DNA from: Octopus sinensis
Taxonomy: Eukaryota
Length of the DNA: 64,000 bases
Reading direction: 5' to 3'
NCBI RefSeq assembly: GCF_006345805.1
Contig: NC_043017.1
Location: 28,024,001-28,088,000 of the forward strand
Positions 1-11,400 of this stretch are shown in pieces. Within the stretch, counting starts at the first letter, position 1, and each line of letters opens with the position of its first letter. The notes beneath the pieces were generated by a model. That model was not told the origin of the DNA. It did not search any database and saw only the letters and a list, made by a program, of their open reading frames with translations. Made by a program: the position numbers and the translations under genes.

Positions 1-7
1 TATTATA

Positions 8-519
8 TCTTTATATATTAAACTGTAGTTGTGTGAGTGTCTGTCCCCTTCGATTTAGATTCCTAACTACTCCCACATTTTGCGGTGCAGTTTAACCAAA
101 ACCGAGTATCTTATAGTCGTGATTCATATCGAGCCCTTCTGGGTATTAGCGCGCGTCTACGATGAGTCTACGATTTTTAAAATAATTTAACATCATTTTT
201 TATTCCATTTTAATGCATAAAATGCATCGTGTGTCGATGGCGGCGGAGTTGGCGTCCACGCTCACAGCTGCACCTGTTTGCTTCTCCCCCTTCCCTCCCT
301 CGTGAAGCTGTGGGGAAGGGAGTGTAAAGAAATCAACGTCGTAATGCGTTGTGAAGGAAACCAGCGTTCTTTTAGAACAACGACTTCATGGCTCGAAGAC
401 ACCAAAACAAAAATGGCTAAGAAAGCCCGAATTGGCATCTATAAGGGAAGTAACTCTCTAAAAATGCTTATATAGTTATTTCCCTTACAAACCCGAGCAA
501 CGCCGGGCGATACTGCTAG
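8..519 (+). mobile_element. Non-autonomous Helitron, copy 1 (carries a private internal insert)
   Basis: 5' end A|TCTTTATATA; 3' hairpin CCCGAGCAACGCCGGG then CTAG|T; no TSD; homologous to 42927-43325 and 52952-53348. Confidence 0.85.
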
Positions 520-609
520 TTATATATAAACATTATCATGATTAGAACTACAGAACCACCGCTTGAGTAGATCTACAGAACACTGGTATCAATATGTAAA
601 TAAACTATA

Positions 610-830
610 TACTGTTTTACTGTTTTACTTGTTTCAGTCATTTGACTGTGGCCATGCTGGAGCATCACCTTTAAGTTGAGCAAATCGACCCCGGGACTTA
701 TTCTTTGTCAGCCTAGTACTTATTCTATCGGTCTCTTTTGTCGAACCGCTAGGTTACGGGGAGGTAAACACACCAGCATCGGTTGTCAAGCGACGTCGGT
801 GGGGACAAACACAAGCCACACACACACACA
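610..830 (-). mobile_element. SINE family B, 3' half
   Basis: Matches the 3' half and short-repeat tail of the full-length family B copies. Confidence 0.85.
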
Positions 831-838
831 TATCTCTC

Positions 839-1226
839 TTTACTCTTTTTTACTTGTTTCAGTCATTTGACTGCGGCCATGCTGGAGCACCGCCTTTAGT
901 CGAGCAAATCGACCCCGGGACTTATTCTTTGTAAGCCCAGTACTTATTCTATCGGTCTCTTTTGCCGAACTACTAAGTGACGGGGACGTAAACACACCAG
1001 CATCGGTTGTCAAGCAATGCTAGGGGGACAAACACAGACACACAAACACACACATATATATATACATATATACGACAGGCTTCTTTCAGTTTCCGTCTAC
1101 CAAATCCACTCACAAGGCATTGGTCGGCCCGGGGCTATAGCAGAAGACACTTGCCCAAGATGCCACGCAGTGGGACTGAACCCGGAACCATGTGTTGGTT
1201 AGCAAGCTACTTACCACACAGCCACT

Positions 1227-1229
<3 letters not shown>
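839..1229 (-). mobile_element. tRNA-derived SINE family B, full length
   Basis: Minus strand has A-box-like TGGCTGTGTGG, B-box-like GGTTCAGTCCC, a TTGGGCAAGT segment, a central (TA/TG)n and an (AAAGAGT)-type tail; more than 15 copies or fragments in the window. Confidence 0.9.
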
Positions 1230-1271
<42 letters not shown>

Positions 1272-1281
1272 CACACATATA

Positions 1282-1436
1282 TACGACGGGCTTCTTTCAG
1301 TTTCCTTCTACCAAATCCACTCACAAGGCTTTGGTCAGCCCGAGGCTATAGTGGAAGACAGTTACCCAATGTGCCACGCAGTGACACTGAACCCGGAACG
1401 ATATGGTTCGTAAGCCAGCTACTTACCACATAGCCA
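1282..1436 (-). mobile_element. SINE family B, head half
   Basis: Tandem second copy of the head half following a (TA)n run. Confidence 0.85.
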
Positions 1437-1462
1437 TACATACATACATAAATATATATATA

Positions 1463-1495
<33 letters not shown>

Positions 1496-1951
1496 CATAC
1501 ATACACACATACTTATATACATACATATAAATACCTATGAATATCATATAATATATTGTATAAATATTATATAAAATATATATATATATATACATTTTTG
1601 TCTATTAAATGAAGGCATGCTAAGTGGTTTGTGAATTGCTTTCAACTTTACATTTAAAATATAATTTTTTTTCATGCATCGTCATTAAATCTCGCTAATA
1701 GCTTCATTTAAATTGATAAACACTTTCGTCTCTCTGAGTAGTTCCACGTTTGTTATATGTGTCTACACATATAAGGCGAAGTATTGGACTAACATGCGAG
1801 TTATATTATATATTTTTCAGCTATGCTTACGAGAAATGTGTATATTGTTTGAGTTTTTGGTTCTGTCTTGCTTAAATTATCCCAGATTTTCGGTCTTATT
1901 TTGGAAAATATCTATGCGAGAATAAGTTGTGCTTGCGTATTACGGCCTCAC

Positions 1952-2199
1952 GTGGAGGTGCGTGGCTTATTGGTTAGGGCGTTGGACTCCTGATCGTAAG
2001 GTTGTGGTTTCGGTTCCTAGACCGGGCGATGCGTTGTGTTCTTGAGTAAAACACTTTATTATCACGTTGCTCCAGTCCACTCAGCTGGCAAAAATGAGTA
2101 ATCCTGAGAGGGACCGTCGTCCCGTCCAGGTGGGGAATTTCTATGCCACTGAAACCGGGAAACCGGCCCTTAGGAGCCTGGCATGACTCGAGAAGCAAC
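1952..2199 (+). mobile_element. tRNA-derived SINE family D (CORE-like central domain)
   Basis: tRNA-like head GCGTGGCTTATTGGTTAGGGCG...GGTTTCGGTTCC, then TTGAGTAAAACACTTT...CCAGTCCACTCAGCTGGCAAAAATGAGTA; degenerate relatives at 13086, ~33560-33736 (-) and ~45336. Confidence 0.75.
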
Positions 2200-2238
2200 A
2201 TTACAGCCACACGAAGACACACACACACACATATACAT

Positions 2239-2271
<33 letters not shown>

Positions 2272-2306
2272 ACACACACATATATATATATATATTATAT
2301 ATATAT

Positions 2307-2346
<40 letters not shown>

Positions 2347-2349
<3 letters not shown>

Positions 2350-2547
2350 TTAATCCAAACATGAAAACACAAAGAGAAAACACAACAACGCGAGGACGTG
2401 GAACAAGTATAGTATTATTGAACGCTCAGGAAGGAAGTAGGGTTTAACTTTTCGAGCGGAGCTCTTCGTCAAAAACATAGGAAAAGGAAAGCTCCAGAGA
2501 AGGTAAGACGGAAGGAAAAATCGCCAACGGTACACACGCGGTCACAT
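2347..2547 (-). mobile_element. Penelope pLTR-like non-autonomous element next to (TA)n
   Basis: Homologous to 51712-51938; minus strand carries TTGACGA-A-GAGC-TCC-GCTC-GAAA hammerhead-like core; abuts a (TA)n run. Confidence 0.55.
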
Positions 2548-3181
2548 ATACTTATATACACACTGGACTACCTGATATGATTAGACCTATGTCAACAACA
2601 CTGGCTGGTTCGGGTTTCGGTTACAGACTAAAGAAATATTGTTGCATCTCGGGATGTTGCGCGGAGGAATAAACACACGCACTATACATTCGTCACTTCA
2701 CTCGTTTATAACTGGTTTCATATTAACTCATGTCCATTGTTCCGAAATCTTTCGTTACACATATGTGACCGCTTCAGCAACACTTTCTATCTTCGTGTTT
2801 GTCTATTCTGTTAGTCTATTTGGTTCAGGAATCTTGCAACACAAATCCATAAACTCAATAAATATTAGAAATGGTAGTAAATTCGATGTAGAGTCATGTC
2901 CTAACTATTATGCTGTAAGTATTTAAAAATTTGTAAGAACAGATTATCATGTCATAGGCAAATAATCTTACATGGCTTGCATCTGAACCACGCATGAAAA
3001 GTAACTATTTTCGAATGCCTTAATACTGCTGTGTTTGTATATATTTCTGGAAACACTATTTTGACTAGTATCATATACCTTTTACTGTATCTAAATATGC
3101 TGGTACAATAGAAATGGTCGTTGGTAATACATGGTGAAATCACCGATTAGAGATGTGATTTTCTACATTCTCATACTTGTC

Positions 3182-3580
3182 GTTGCTGTGTAGTAAGGAG
3201 CTTGCTTCCAAACCACATGGTTTCGGGTTCAGTCTCACTGCGCGGCACCTTGGGCAAGTGTCTTCTACCATAGCGTCTGGCCATCCAAAGCCTTGTGAGT
3301 GGATTTGGTAGGCGGAAACTGAAAGAAGCCCGTCGTATATACATATATGTGCATGTGTGTAAGTCTTAGTGTCTATGTCTGCTCCCCACCCATCACCGCT
3401 TGACAATCGGTGCTGGTGTGTTTACATCCCCATAACTTAACGTTTCGTCCAAAGAGACCGACATAATAAGTACTAGGCTTACAAACGATAAGCCCTGGGG
3501 TCGAGTTTTCGACTAAAACTCTCCAAGGCGGTGCTCCAGCACGGCCGCAGTCAAATAATTGAAACAAGTAAAAGAATAAA
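3182..3580 (+). mobile_element. SINE family B, diverged near-full-length copy
   Basis: Collinear with the other family B copies. Confidence 0.85.
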
Positions 3581-3610
3581 AGAACATGCATGTGTCTGTA
3601 TGTGTGTGGT

Positions 3611-3641
<31 letters not shown>

Positions 3642-3929
3642 AAACATGCATGTGTTAAAGGGTTTGTGTTTCCGCTGTACTCCAGCTTCGCTTGATAACA
3701 GATATTCGTTTGATCCCGTCTTCGTAAATATGCGGTTCGTCAAAAGAGAACGAGAGATTAAGTAACATATTTCAAAATCAGTTCTGCATTAGATTTTCTC
3801 GACTTATCACTTTAAGGCGAAGATCCAGCAAAACAGTAATTCAATGGTGGAAACAATGTAAAACATAAAATGAACAACTACACGAAACTATGTCCTGATA
3901 TGTTTCATGTTTAGTTGTCCACAACTCAT

Positions 3930-3990
3930 CAGTTATTCCCACATTACCAGTTCTGCTTACCAAAAGTGGCCCACTTGGCACCGTGCATTC
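3930..3990 (-). pseudogene. Short 28S rRNA fragment
   Basis: Reverse complement GTGCCAAGTGGGCCACTTTTGGTAAGCAGAACTGG matches a conserved LSU rRNA segment; flanks are not rDNA. Confidence 0.8.
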
Positions 3991-4423
3991 GTCGCAGCGC
4001 AATGGCTGCGATATACGGCCGCCTCTAATGCGGATAATCTCACATGCCTCTTCTGACTAAAATGTTACATAATAGTAGTCACTATTTACATCAGCTACAA
4101 ACTAACAGCAAATTGAATTGACCATAATTTCCATATCATGCATCAGACGTTGTATAATTAAATACATGAAATCTAATATTTATTATTAAATCAATATATT
4201 AGCAATAAAATGCTTGTATTAGAAAATCTAAGACAAATTTAATGTTCTTAGTCGACATTTTAGAAGGCCCGTTTGGTGGAAATTAGCAAACATAAATAAA
4301 TTGAGTTACGTCTGAAACAGTGGAGTCTACTCAAGAAAATTCCGAAATTATATACACATATACATACTCACTTAAATACGTACACATTCATACATTTATA
4401 AATGTATGTATTTATATATATAT

Positions 4424-4474
<51 letters not shown>

Positions 4475-5184
4475 ATTTATGTATGTATATATATGAAATG
4501 AAACCTGTGCTAAAGGAAATAAAATTCATTGTCATTGTGTCAGATGGCAACTACATAGCGGAAGAGAAATCATTAATAAGTTTATATTAATAATACACGA
4601 GACAGATTACTGATTTATTGAAATGACCTACGATTACAGAGACGGAACGCGTATAGTTTGGTAGTAGTAGTAATAGTAAATACTATCTCTGAATGAGAAG
4701 AGAGACAATGACCTACGTAATCAATAATTATCAAATAGTCACATGTTGTTAAGGAAAAGATTGTTCATGTGTTAGTAAGAAGAGATACAGATAAAAAGAT
4801 TAGAGAGCATATGTGGTATAGAACGAAGAGATATAATTCCGAGTGATCATTGTGTTGTGTTTGAACGAAACATAATCGTATATTACGAAACACGCGAAAT
4901 AAATGCTTGATTTACTGAAACTGTATATGCTCTCGGAGAGATGAAACAAATATCTTCATTGTATATGGTACCAACCTCAAAACAGAAGGGAGATATTCCA
5001 AAGATTCAAGACGTTTCCAAAATTATCTTAACGTTAAGGAAAAGGCAGAACATATATTTCTTTTCAATTTCCGTTTAATAAATACCGCTTTTACAATTAC
5101 AAAGTATTGTTTAACACGAAGTTAAAGTTACAGAGGCGTTAATCATTTGGCGTGCTAGAGCTTCGATCTAAGAGCCACGTATTG

Positions 5185-5501
5185 ACTGTTACACGACGTT
5201 CTGAGTTCAAATTCCGCCGAGGTCAACTTTGCCTTTCATTCTTTCGGGATCGATAAATTAAGTACCAGTTACGCACTGGTCTCGATATAATCGACTTAAT
5301 CCGTTTGTCTGTCCTTGTTTGTCCCCTCTATGTTTAGCCCCTTGTGGGTAATAAAGAAACAGATATTAAGTAATTTATATAATTTGAAAAATTTTTACAA
5401 CCCACAAGAGGCTAAACACAGGGGACAACAAAGACAGACAAACGGATGAAGTCGATTATATGGAACCCAGTGCGTAAATGGTACTTATTTAATCGACCCC
5501 G
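5185..5501. mobile_element. Two partial SINE C copies in inverted orientation (5185-5360 +, 5398-5501 -)
   Basis: GAGTTCAAATTCCGCCGAGGTC...AAGTACCAGTTACGCACTGG...AGCCCCTTGTGGG and its reverse complement. Confidence 0.85.
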
Positions 5502-6374
5502 TCATTCATATAACTAAGGAGGTTAAAATACTATGCTAGTTTGGACGTATTTTAATAAAATAAATCACGTTCTAAGAAATAGTGCTGTCCATTTTCTCTG
5601 ATGCATTGCGATACGTACCAAAAAACTCTTATGCGTTGATCGTATTGCATGTCTATGCAATTTGCTTCTGTAGGCATTTACTGTCTTTATTCATTTAATT
5701 CACAAGTCTTCTATTCAAACTGAGAGATTCAAAAACGAAGCCACTCTCTGGAATACAGTTCAGAAGCAATATTGAAGTAAACACTTATAGCCTTCTATTG
5801 TCCGGATCAGGCTACAACCTTTAATGTGTGTTAAAGGGGATGAACTTGAAAACAGTGCATTACGGGTTCGTTTTGTCAAAAGGGAATTTCACGTTTTTTT
5901 TTTTTTTTTTTTTTTTGTATATAAAATAATTCTTTCAAGTATTCAAGAAAAAATAGTATCTCTTGAAATTGACTGCAACAGCGTCGGAAGTTGTTTAGGG
6001 TAGCATATCTTCTCGCAGGAATATTCATGTCGGCTTAATCAATGGTGTACTTGACAAACTGACAATTTAATGGTTATTAAAAATTATATGATTTATTACT
6101 TTAAAATGGGATCACTAGCCATTCGTTTATAATCAAATTACGAATTAATCTAATTTCCCGCCTTTATTCGGCTTTATTCGATTTCTTATTTTTTAAATAC
6201 ACATTATCCTACATCAAACTGGTTGCTATATTAAGAACAAGCAATGGTGACGCTAATGAAAACAAATAAAATATAAACGCTCAGGGATTTAACCGTTGCT
6301 GCATGCACTAAGGGAGACTGTTAGCTAAATCATATAGTTTCCCAAGCCACCGAATTCAAGAATGGGGAAATTTA

Positions 6375-6740
6375 TGATACTGAAGAATTTGGCAATAAAC
6401 CAATTTTCCTAATAGTGTTTCCAATGCAATTTTTTGCAGTGGTTTTTTCCCTGTTAGGTTTGCTTTCCCATGATGCTATCCATGTGGCCATATTTGAAAT
6501 CATGGAATGATAACTTGCGGAGGACAACAATCCTTTGCTGAAATATTTACTCATCGATGTGTAATGGCGTGTATTTGAATCCCTGGTTACATGCAAGTTA
6601 CAGATGCATTACTTGGTACACATCCGTGTTCCTGAGTTATCTGCAGCCCTTGATTTTCATTACTGATTGGATTTGGTGGGGTATTGACAATTCAGATCGG
6701 TGTAGTGAATCCATTTCTTTTGTTATAAGCTTTAATATCT
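6375..6740 (-). pseudogene. Possible decayed Penelope-like GIY-YIG endonuclease fragment
   Basis: Minus-strand frame reads DVYQ...IFQQRIVVLRKLSF...KY...LHWK, loosely resembling the PLE GIY-YIG pattern; several stops. Confidence 0.3.
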
Positions 6741-7215
6741 AGGCGGGAGTGAGCTGGCTGAAACGTTACCACGCCGGGCGAAATGCTTAGCGGTACTTCG
6801 TCTGTCGTTACGTTCTGAGTTCAAATTCCACCGAGGTCGATTTTAGCTTTCATCATTTCGGGTTCGATTAAATAAGTACCAATTTCTTTATAACCCACAA
6901 GGGGCTAAACATAGATGGGACAAACAAGGACATACATAGGTATTAAGTCGATTCCATCGACCCCAGTGCGTAACTGGTACTTAATTTATCGATCCCGAAA
7001 GGATGAAAGGCAAAGTCGACCTCGGCGGAATTTGAACTCACAGCGTAACGACAGACGAAATACGGCTACGCATTTCGCCCGGCGTGCTAACGTTTCTGCC
7101 AGCTCGCCGCCTTAGTACCAGTTACGCACTGGATCAATGTAATCGAATTAATCCCCTTGTCTGTCCTTGTTTGCCCCCTCTATGTTTAGCCCCCTGAGGG
7201 CAATAAAGAAATAAA
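6741..7215 (+). mobile_element. SINE family C interrupted by a nested antisense SINE C
   Basis: Outer copy is split at AGTACCA, duplicated at 6875-6881 and 7114-7120. Confidence 0.85.
6882..7113 (-). mobile_element. SINE family C, full-length monomer (nested)
   Basis: Head GGCGGCGAGCTGGCAGAAACGTTAGC, B-box GAGTTCAAATTCC, tail AAAGAAAT; 7-bp TSD. Confidence 0.9.
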
Positions 7216-7259
7216 ATATTTTGTGGCTTATTCTTTCTAGCGTAATGTGCGTAATAAGC

Positions 7260-7830
7260 TTTGTATTACTTCAGGCAGTGTTAATCTTATATAGTATGTG
7301 TTGTACAAGCTTTGTTCCTTTCGGTTATTACGTGCATAAAAAGGCTGCATTTTGTGTCTGAGGATTGCCTTATATGAGCTATTATATTGACTTATACTTT
7401 GGAATAGATAGTATTCTTAGATGAGTTATTTGAGCCATTGTTGACTTTCATTTTGGCTTAATTCATCTTTATCGAAGTTTGCAGGGTATTGGGCAGGGTG
7501 TGGTTTTTCTCTCCATTTTGTCTTTAGTATGTACTGTAATTTTGTTTATATCTTGTAGCTTTTCTGTCCATTTAACTCTTTCTGTTGCGTTGCAATCTAA
7601 ATTTAGTGTTTCGGTTAGTTTGTTTTAGTTATGTATTTTATCGATTTCTCGTATGTCGAGAAGGGGTCTTTCGAGGCTTTGCTTCTCATATTCTTTTATT
7701 ACATTTATGAATCTTCCATTATCTGTTTCTCGGTATTGCTCTAGTGCAACTGTTGTTAATCCAAATAAATTTTCTATTTCTGTCCGGCTACATTGTCCTT
7801 TTATACAGTTTATTACTTGTATGTTTAGCG
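7260..7830 (-). pseudogene. Decayed R4/Dong-clade non-LTR retrotransposon fragment (post-RT to zinc-finger region)
   Basis: Minus-strand peptides LTTVALEQY, KWREKPHPAQYP...SQQWLK and SSDTKCSL resemble the KWxEKPLHGQY...QWL...DxKCRLC motifs. Confidence 0.65.
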
Positions 7831-7891
7831 TATATATTGCTATTACCAGTAAGACTAAGATCCGTTTTTAATATTCGCCTAACTAATATTA

Positions 7892-8769
7892 AGGCGGCGA
7901 GGTGGCAGAGTTGTTAGCACGCTGGGCTGCAAGTTACCCGGTATTTCGTACGTGTTTGCTTTCTGAGTTCAAATTCCACGTTCGTCGACTTGGCATTTCA
8001 TCGTTTTGTTGTGAATAAAATAAGTACCAGTTAAGCGCAAAGGTCGATGGAATTAACTTACCATTCTCCCAAAATTGTTGGTTGTGTGCCAAGATTTGTA
8101 ATCAATATTAGTCTAACTAAAGGGGGCGAGCTGGCAGAAACGTTAGCACGCCAGGCGAAATTTTTTGTGGTATTAAATCTGCCATTACGTTCTGAGTTCA
8201 AATTCCGCCGAGGTCGACTTTGCTTATCATACTTTCGGGGTCGATAAATTAAGTACCAGTTACGCACTGGGGTCGTGGTAATCGACTTTGTTTGTTCTTG
8301 TTTGTCTCATCTGTGTTTAGCCCCTTGTGGGTAGTAAGGAAATAGGTATTTCGTCCGTCTTCATGTTCTGAGTCCAAATTCCACCGAAGTCGACTTTGCT
8401 TTTCATCCTTTCGGGGTCGATAATTAAGTATTAGTTACGCACTGGGGTCGATGTAATCGACTTAATTCCTTTGTCTGCATTTGTTTACCCTCTCTGTGTT
8501 TAGCCCCTTGTGAGAAGTAAAGCAATAGGTATTTCGTCCGTCTTCATGTTCTGAGTCCAAATTCCGCCGAAGTCGACGTTGCTTTTTATCCTTTTGGGGG
8601 TCGATAATTATGTACCAGTTGCATACTGGCGTCCATCTAATCGACTGGCCTCCTCCGCCAAAATTTCGGGCCTTGTGCCTAGAGTAGAAAAGAATATTAG
8701 CCTAACTAAAGGCAGCAAAGCAACAAAACCATTAGCCCACCGGAGGAAATGGTTAACAGTCTTTCGTCC
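7892..8769 (+). mobile_element. Tandem SINE C cluster (monomer, trimer, degenerate head)
   Basis: Module junction AATA|GGTATTTCGTC at 8345 and 8528; spacer AATATTAGYCTAACTAAAGG repeated at ~8105 and ~8694. Confidence 0.85.
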
Positions 8770-8972
8770 TTACTCTTTCACTCTTTTACTTGTTTCAGTC
8801 ATTTGACTGCGGCCATGCTGGAGCACCGCCTTTAGTCGAGCAAGTCGATCCCAGGACTTATTCTTTGTAAGCCTAGTATTTATTCTATCGGTCTCTTATG
8901 CCGAACCGCTAAGTTACAGGGACGTAAACACACCAACATCGGTTGTCAAGCGATGTTGGGGGACAAACACAG

Positions 8973-9003
<31 letters not shown>

Positions 9004-9147
9004 CGACGGGATTCTTTCAGTTTCCGTCTACCAAATCCACTTACAATGCTTTGGCCCGCCCAAGAGTATAGTAGAAGACACTTGCCCAAGGTGCCACGCA
9101 GTGGGACTGAACCCGGAACAATATGGTTGGTAAGCAAGTTACTTACC
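8770..9147 (-). mobile_element. SINE family B, near full length
   Basis: Collinear with the other family B copies. Confidence 0.9.
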
Positions 9148-9362
9148 TTCGATACCGTCTCTTTTGTTCACTGAATGACAAATTCCGCTTCAACCTGTAC
9201 AATACTTTACTTACCCACACACACAAGCGCACACAAACGCACACACTCACACACATGTACATATATACGTAGTTGCATGTATGTTTATAAAAAAAATATT
9301 CTTATGACGTCATCAACATATAACCTCCGATTGTTAAAATAAAATTTCTAAAACTGATATAG

Positions 9363-9432
9363 AACTTCAACGGTCCAATGATAGATCACCTATCATATTT
9401 ACAGGAGACGCGGGTTCGAGTCCGACGAGGAA
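9363..9432 (+). pseudogene. Degenerate tRNA-like sequence (pseudo-tRNA or orphan SINE head)
   Basis: Perfect B-box GGTTCGAGTCC within CAGGAGACGCGGGTTCGAGTCCGACGAGGA; 5' half does not fold well. Confidence 0.35.
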
Positions 9433-9892
9433 ATTGGAATGTGGATATTCGGAAAGAAAATTAAGCTTTGCAAACGGCTTGAAATATTATATCAATGTTG
9501 TACTATAGTTATTGCTTCAGTATTCAAGAATTTATTAAAATATGTATTTGGAATATAATTTGGTCGATCATCGTAGAAAGTGGCGTCGATGTCATTTCGT
9601 GTTTACATACGGCTTCCAAACTATTCATTAACTAGCATGAAATTTCTTCAACATGTAGAATGCCACATATTTAATTCTCTGCATCGCATTTTCTCTGCAC
9701 CTATATAAATATTTTCCTTCCCTTTATTGCTTTAAAATTGGAAATCGTAACAGATTATTTACATTATTAATCATAATTTAATAAAATTCAAGTTATTTTC
9801 CATTTCAATTATAATCCAATATATATTAATGGTAGAAAAATCCGCTTCATTACTTCTTTACAAAGAACTTCATAGGTTTTGCATGGAGAATT

Positions 9893-10939
9893 TTCTACGC
9901 TTGTTTTCAAACTGATGAACGCACTGCCCTATGCACTGCCGACACACGAGGTAATGGAATCGCTTATGTCAAGTAGTATTTCGATCGGTATTTATACGCA
10001 TTCTGGTTCAAGACCTGCCTTTAAGTCGCTGTCACTTGCCAGTTTTTTCCTGGAAACTGTACCTTTTAAGTACTCATAGCTGGTGTGATATGAGGTCCGT
10101 TGAATACTTTGGGTGATCTAGGGAACCTTTTGCCTCATTACGTTATCCAACATTAGGAAACAATTTCACCACGTTAGACACCTACCTGACTATAGTAATT
10201 GTGGAGATGCCTCAATTTACATGAAATAAGAACCTATCTACAAATTCCTCTTGATGTCTTTGGAAAGCAGATTGTTGCAGCAAGTTCAGGTAAACGAGAC
10301 CACTAAAAGTACTGTAAATGATGGTTGAATTAATACTTGTGACGATACATCGCTTCAAAATGCATCTTCTGGCAATTTAAGACGACTTTACTTTCAAATT
10401 AAACTGCTATATTAGCAGCCACTATTACTCTTATTAGTGGCTGCTAATCTGCATATTTTGGCAGGAACCTCATCTCTCCATCTTTGATGAAGACTATGAA
10501 TTTCCTATACATCTTTCCCCTCCCGAAAATCCAATTTTCGGTCCGGTTTATCTTCATTGATAAAAAGGGCTATACTTGGAATATAATATTTCCTGTGATA
10601 ATGCTTTCAAATGCTAAGGGTGCTAAATTTTTTAATTCTCTCGCTACATGCATGCCAAACGAATTTTTCAGGAGTCTGAATATGTTTTTCGTACCCATTT
10701 TGCTTTGTTGGACTTATTAGGCTGAAAGGTTTATCGGAGTACTTTTTGTTACATTCTGAAAAGTTCCATCTGCATCAATATTTAAATTTAATCCCAACAA
10801 TGGTACGTCGCGTAGAAGAATCAGCTTAAAATTATTTCCTAAACCCCTTTGCACTTCAACGGCGTTTTCAAACTTCCAATAACTGTTTCGGAACAAATTC
10901 CTGTATGCAAACCTTTACGCTTAGCCTGGCAAAAATCAT
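9893..10939 (-). pseudogene. Decayed near-full-length Tc1/mariner transposase, DD41D (rosa/Visitor)-like
   Basis: Collinear minus-strand motifs across frameshifts: YWKFENAVEVQR, ADGTFQNV, INEDKPDRKLDF, WRDE, GLVYLNLLQ, FM*IEASP, LFPN, HPKYSTDL, EYLKGTVSRKK, HQFENKR; TIRs not identified. Confidence 0.8.
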
Positions 10940-11025
10940 TAACTTTAGCAGATTAAATTTTAAAATGAGTCAAAATTAAGTGAGTTGTTAAGGTCTGTAC
11001 GCCTTTGTGAATATATGTTTATATG

Positions 11026-11400
11026 TGGAATGGAAGCACACCGTCGGTTACGACGACGAGGGTTCCGGTTGATCCGAATCAACGGAACAGCCTGCTCGTG
11101 AAATTAACGTGTAAGTGGCTGAGCACTCCACAGACACGTGTACCCTTAACGTAGTTCTCGGGGATATTCAGCGTGACACAGAGAGTGACAAGGCCGGCCC
11201 TTTGAAATACAGGTACAACAGAAACAGGAAGTAAGATTGAGAGAAAGTTGTGGTGAAAGAGTACAGCAGGGATCACCACCATCCCTTGTCGGAGCCTCGT
11301 GGAGCTTTAGGTGTTTTCGCTCAATAAACACTCACAACACCCGGTCTGGGTATCGAAACCACGATCCTATGACCGCGAGTCCGTTGCCCTAACCACTGGC
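11026..11400 (-). mobile_element. tRNA-derived SINE family E
   Basis: Near-identical to 18499-18884 and 35759-36142; slightly 5' truncated. Confidence 0.9.

Noticed and set aside
2639-2926. 95-aa ORF in unique sequence
   Set aside because: Non-ATG start, no recognisable domain and no clear acceptor site
10755-10780. DGTF motif suggesting a Mutator transposase
   Set aside because: Flanking motifs place it in the N-terminal region of the Tc1/mariner fossil
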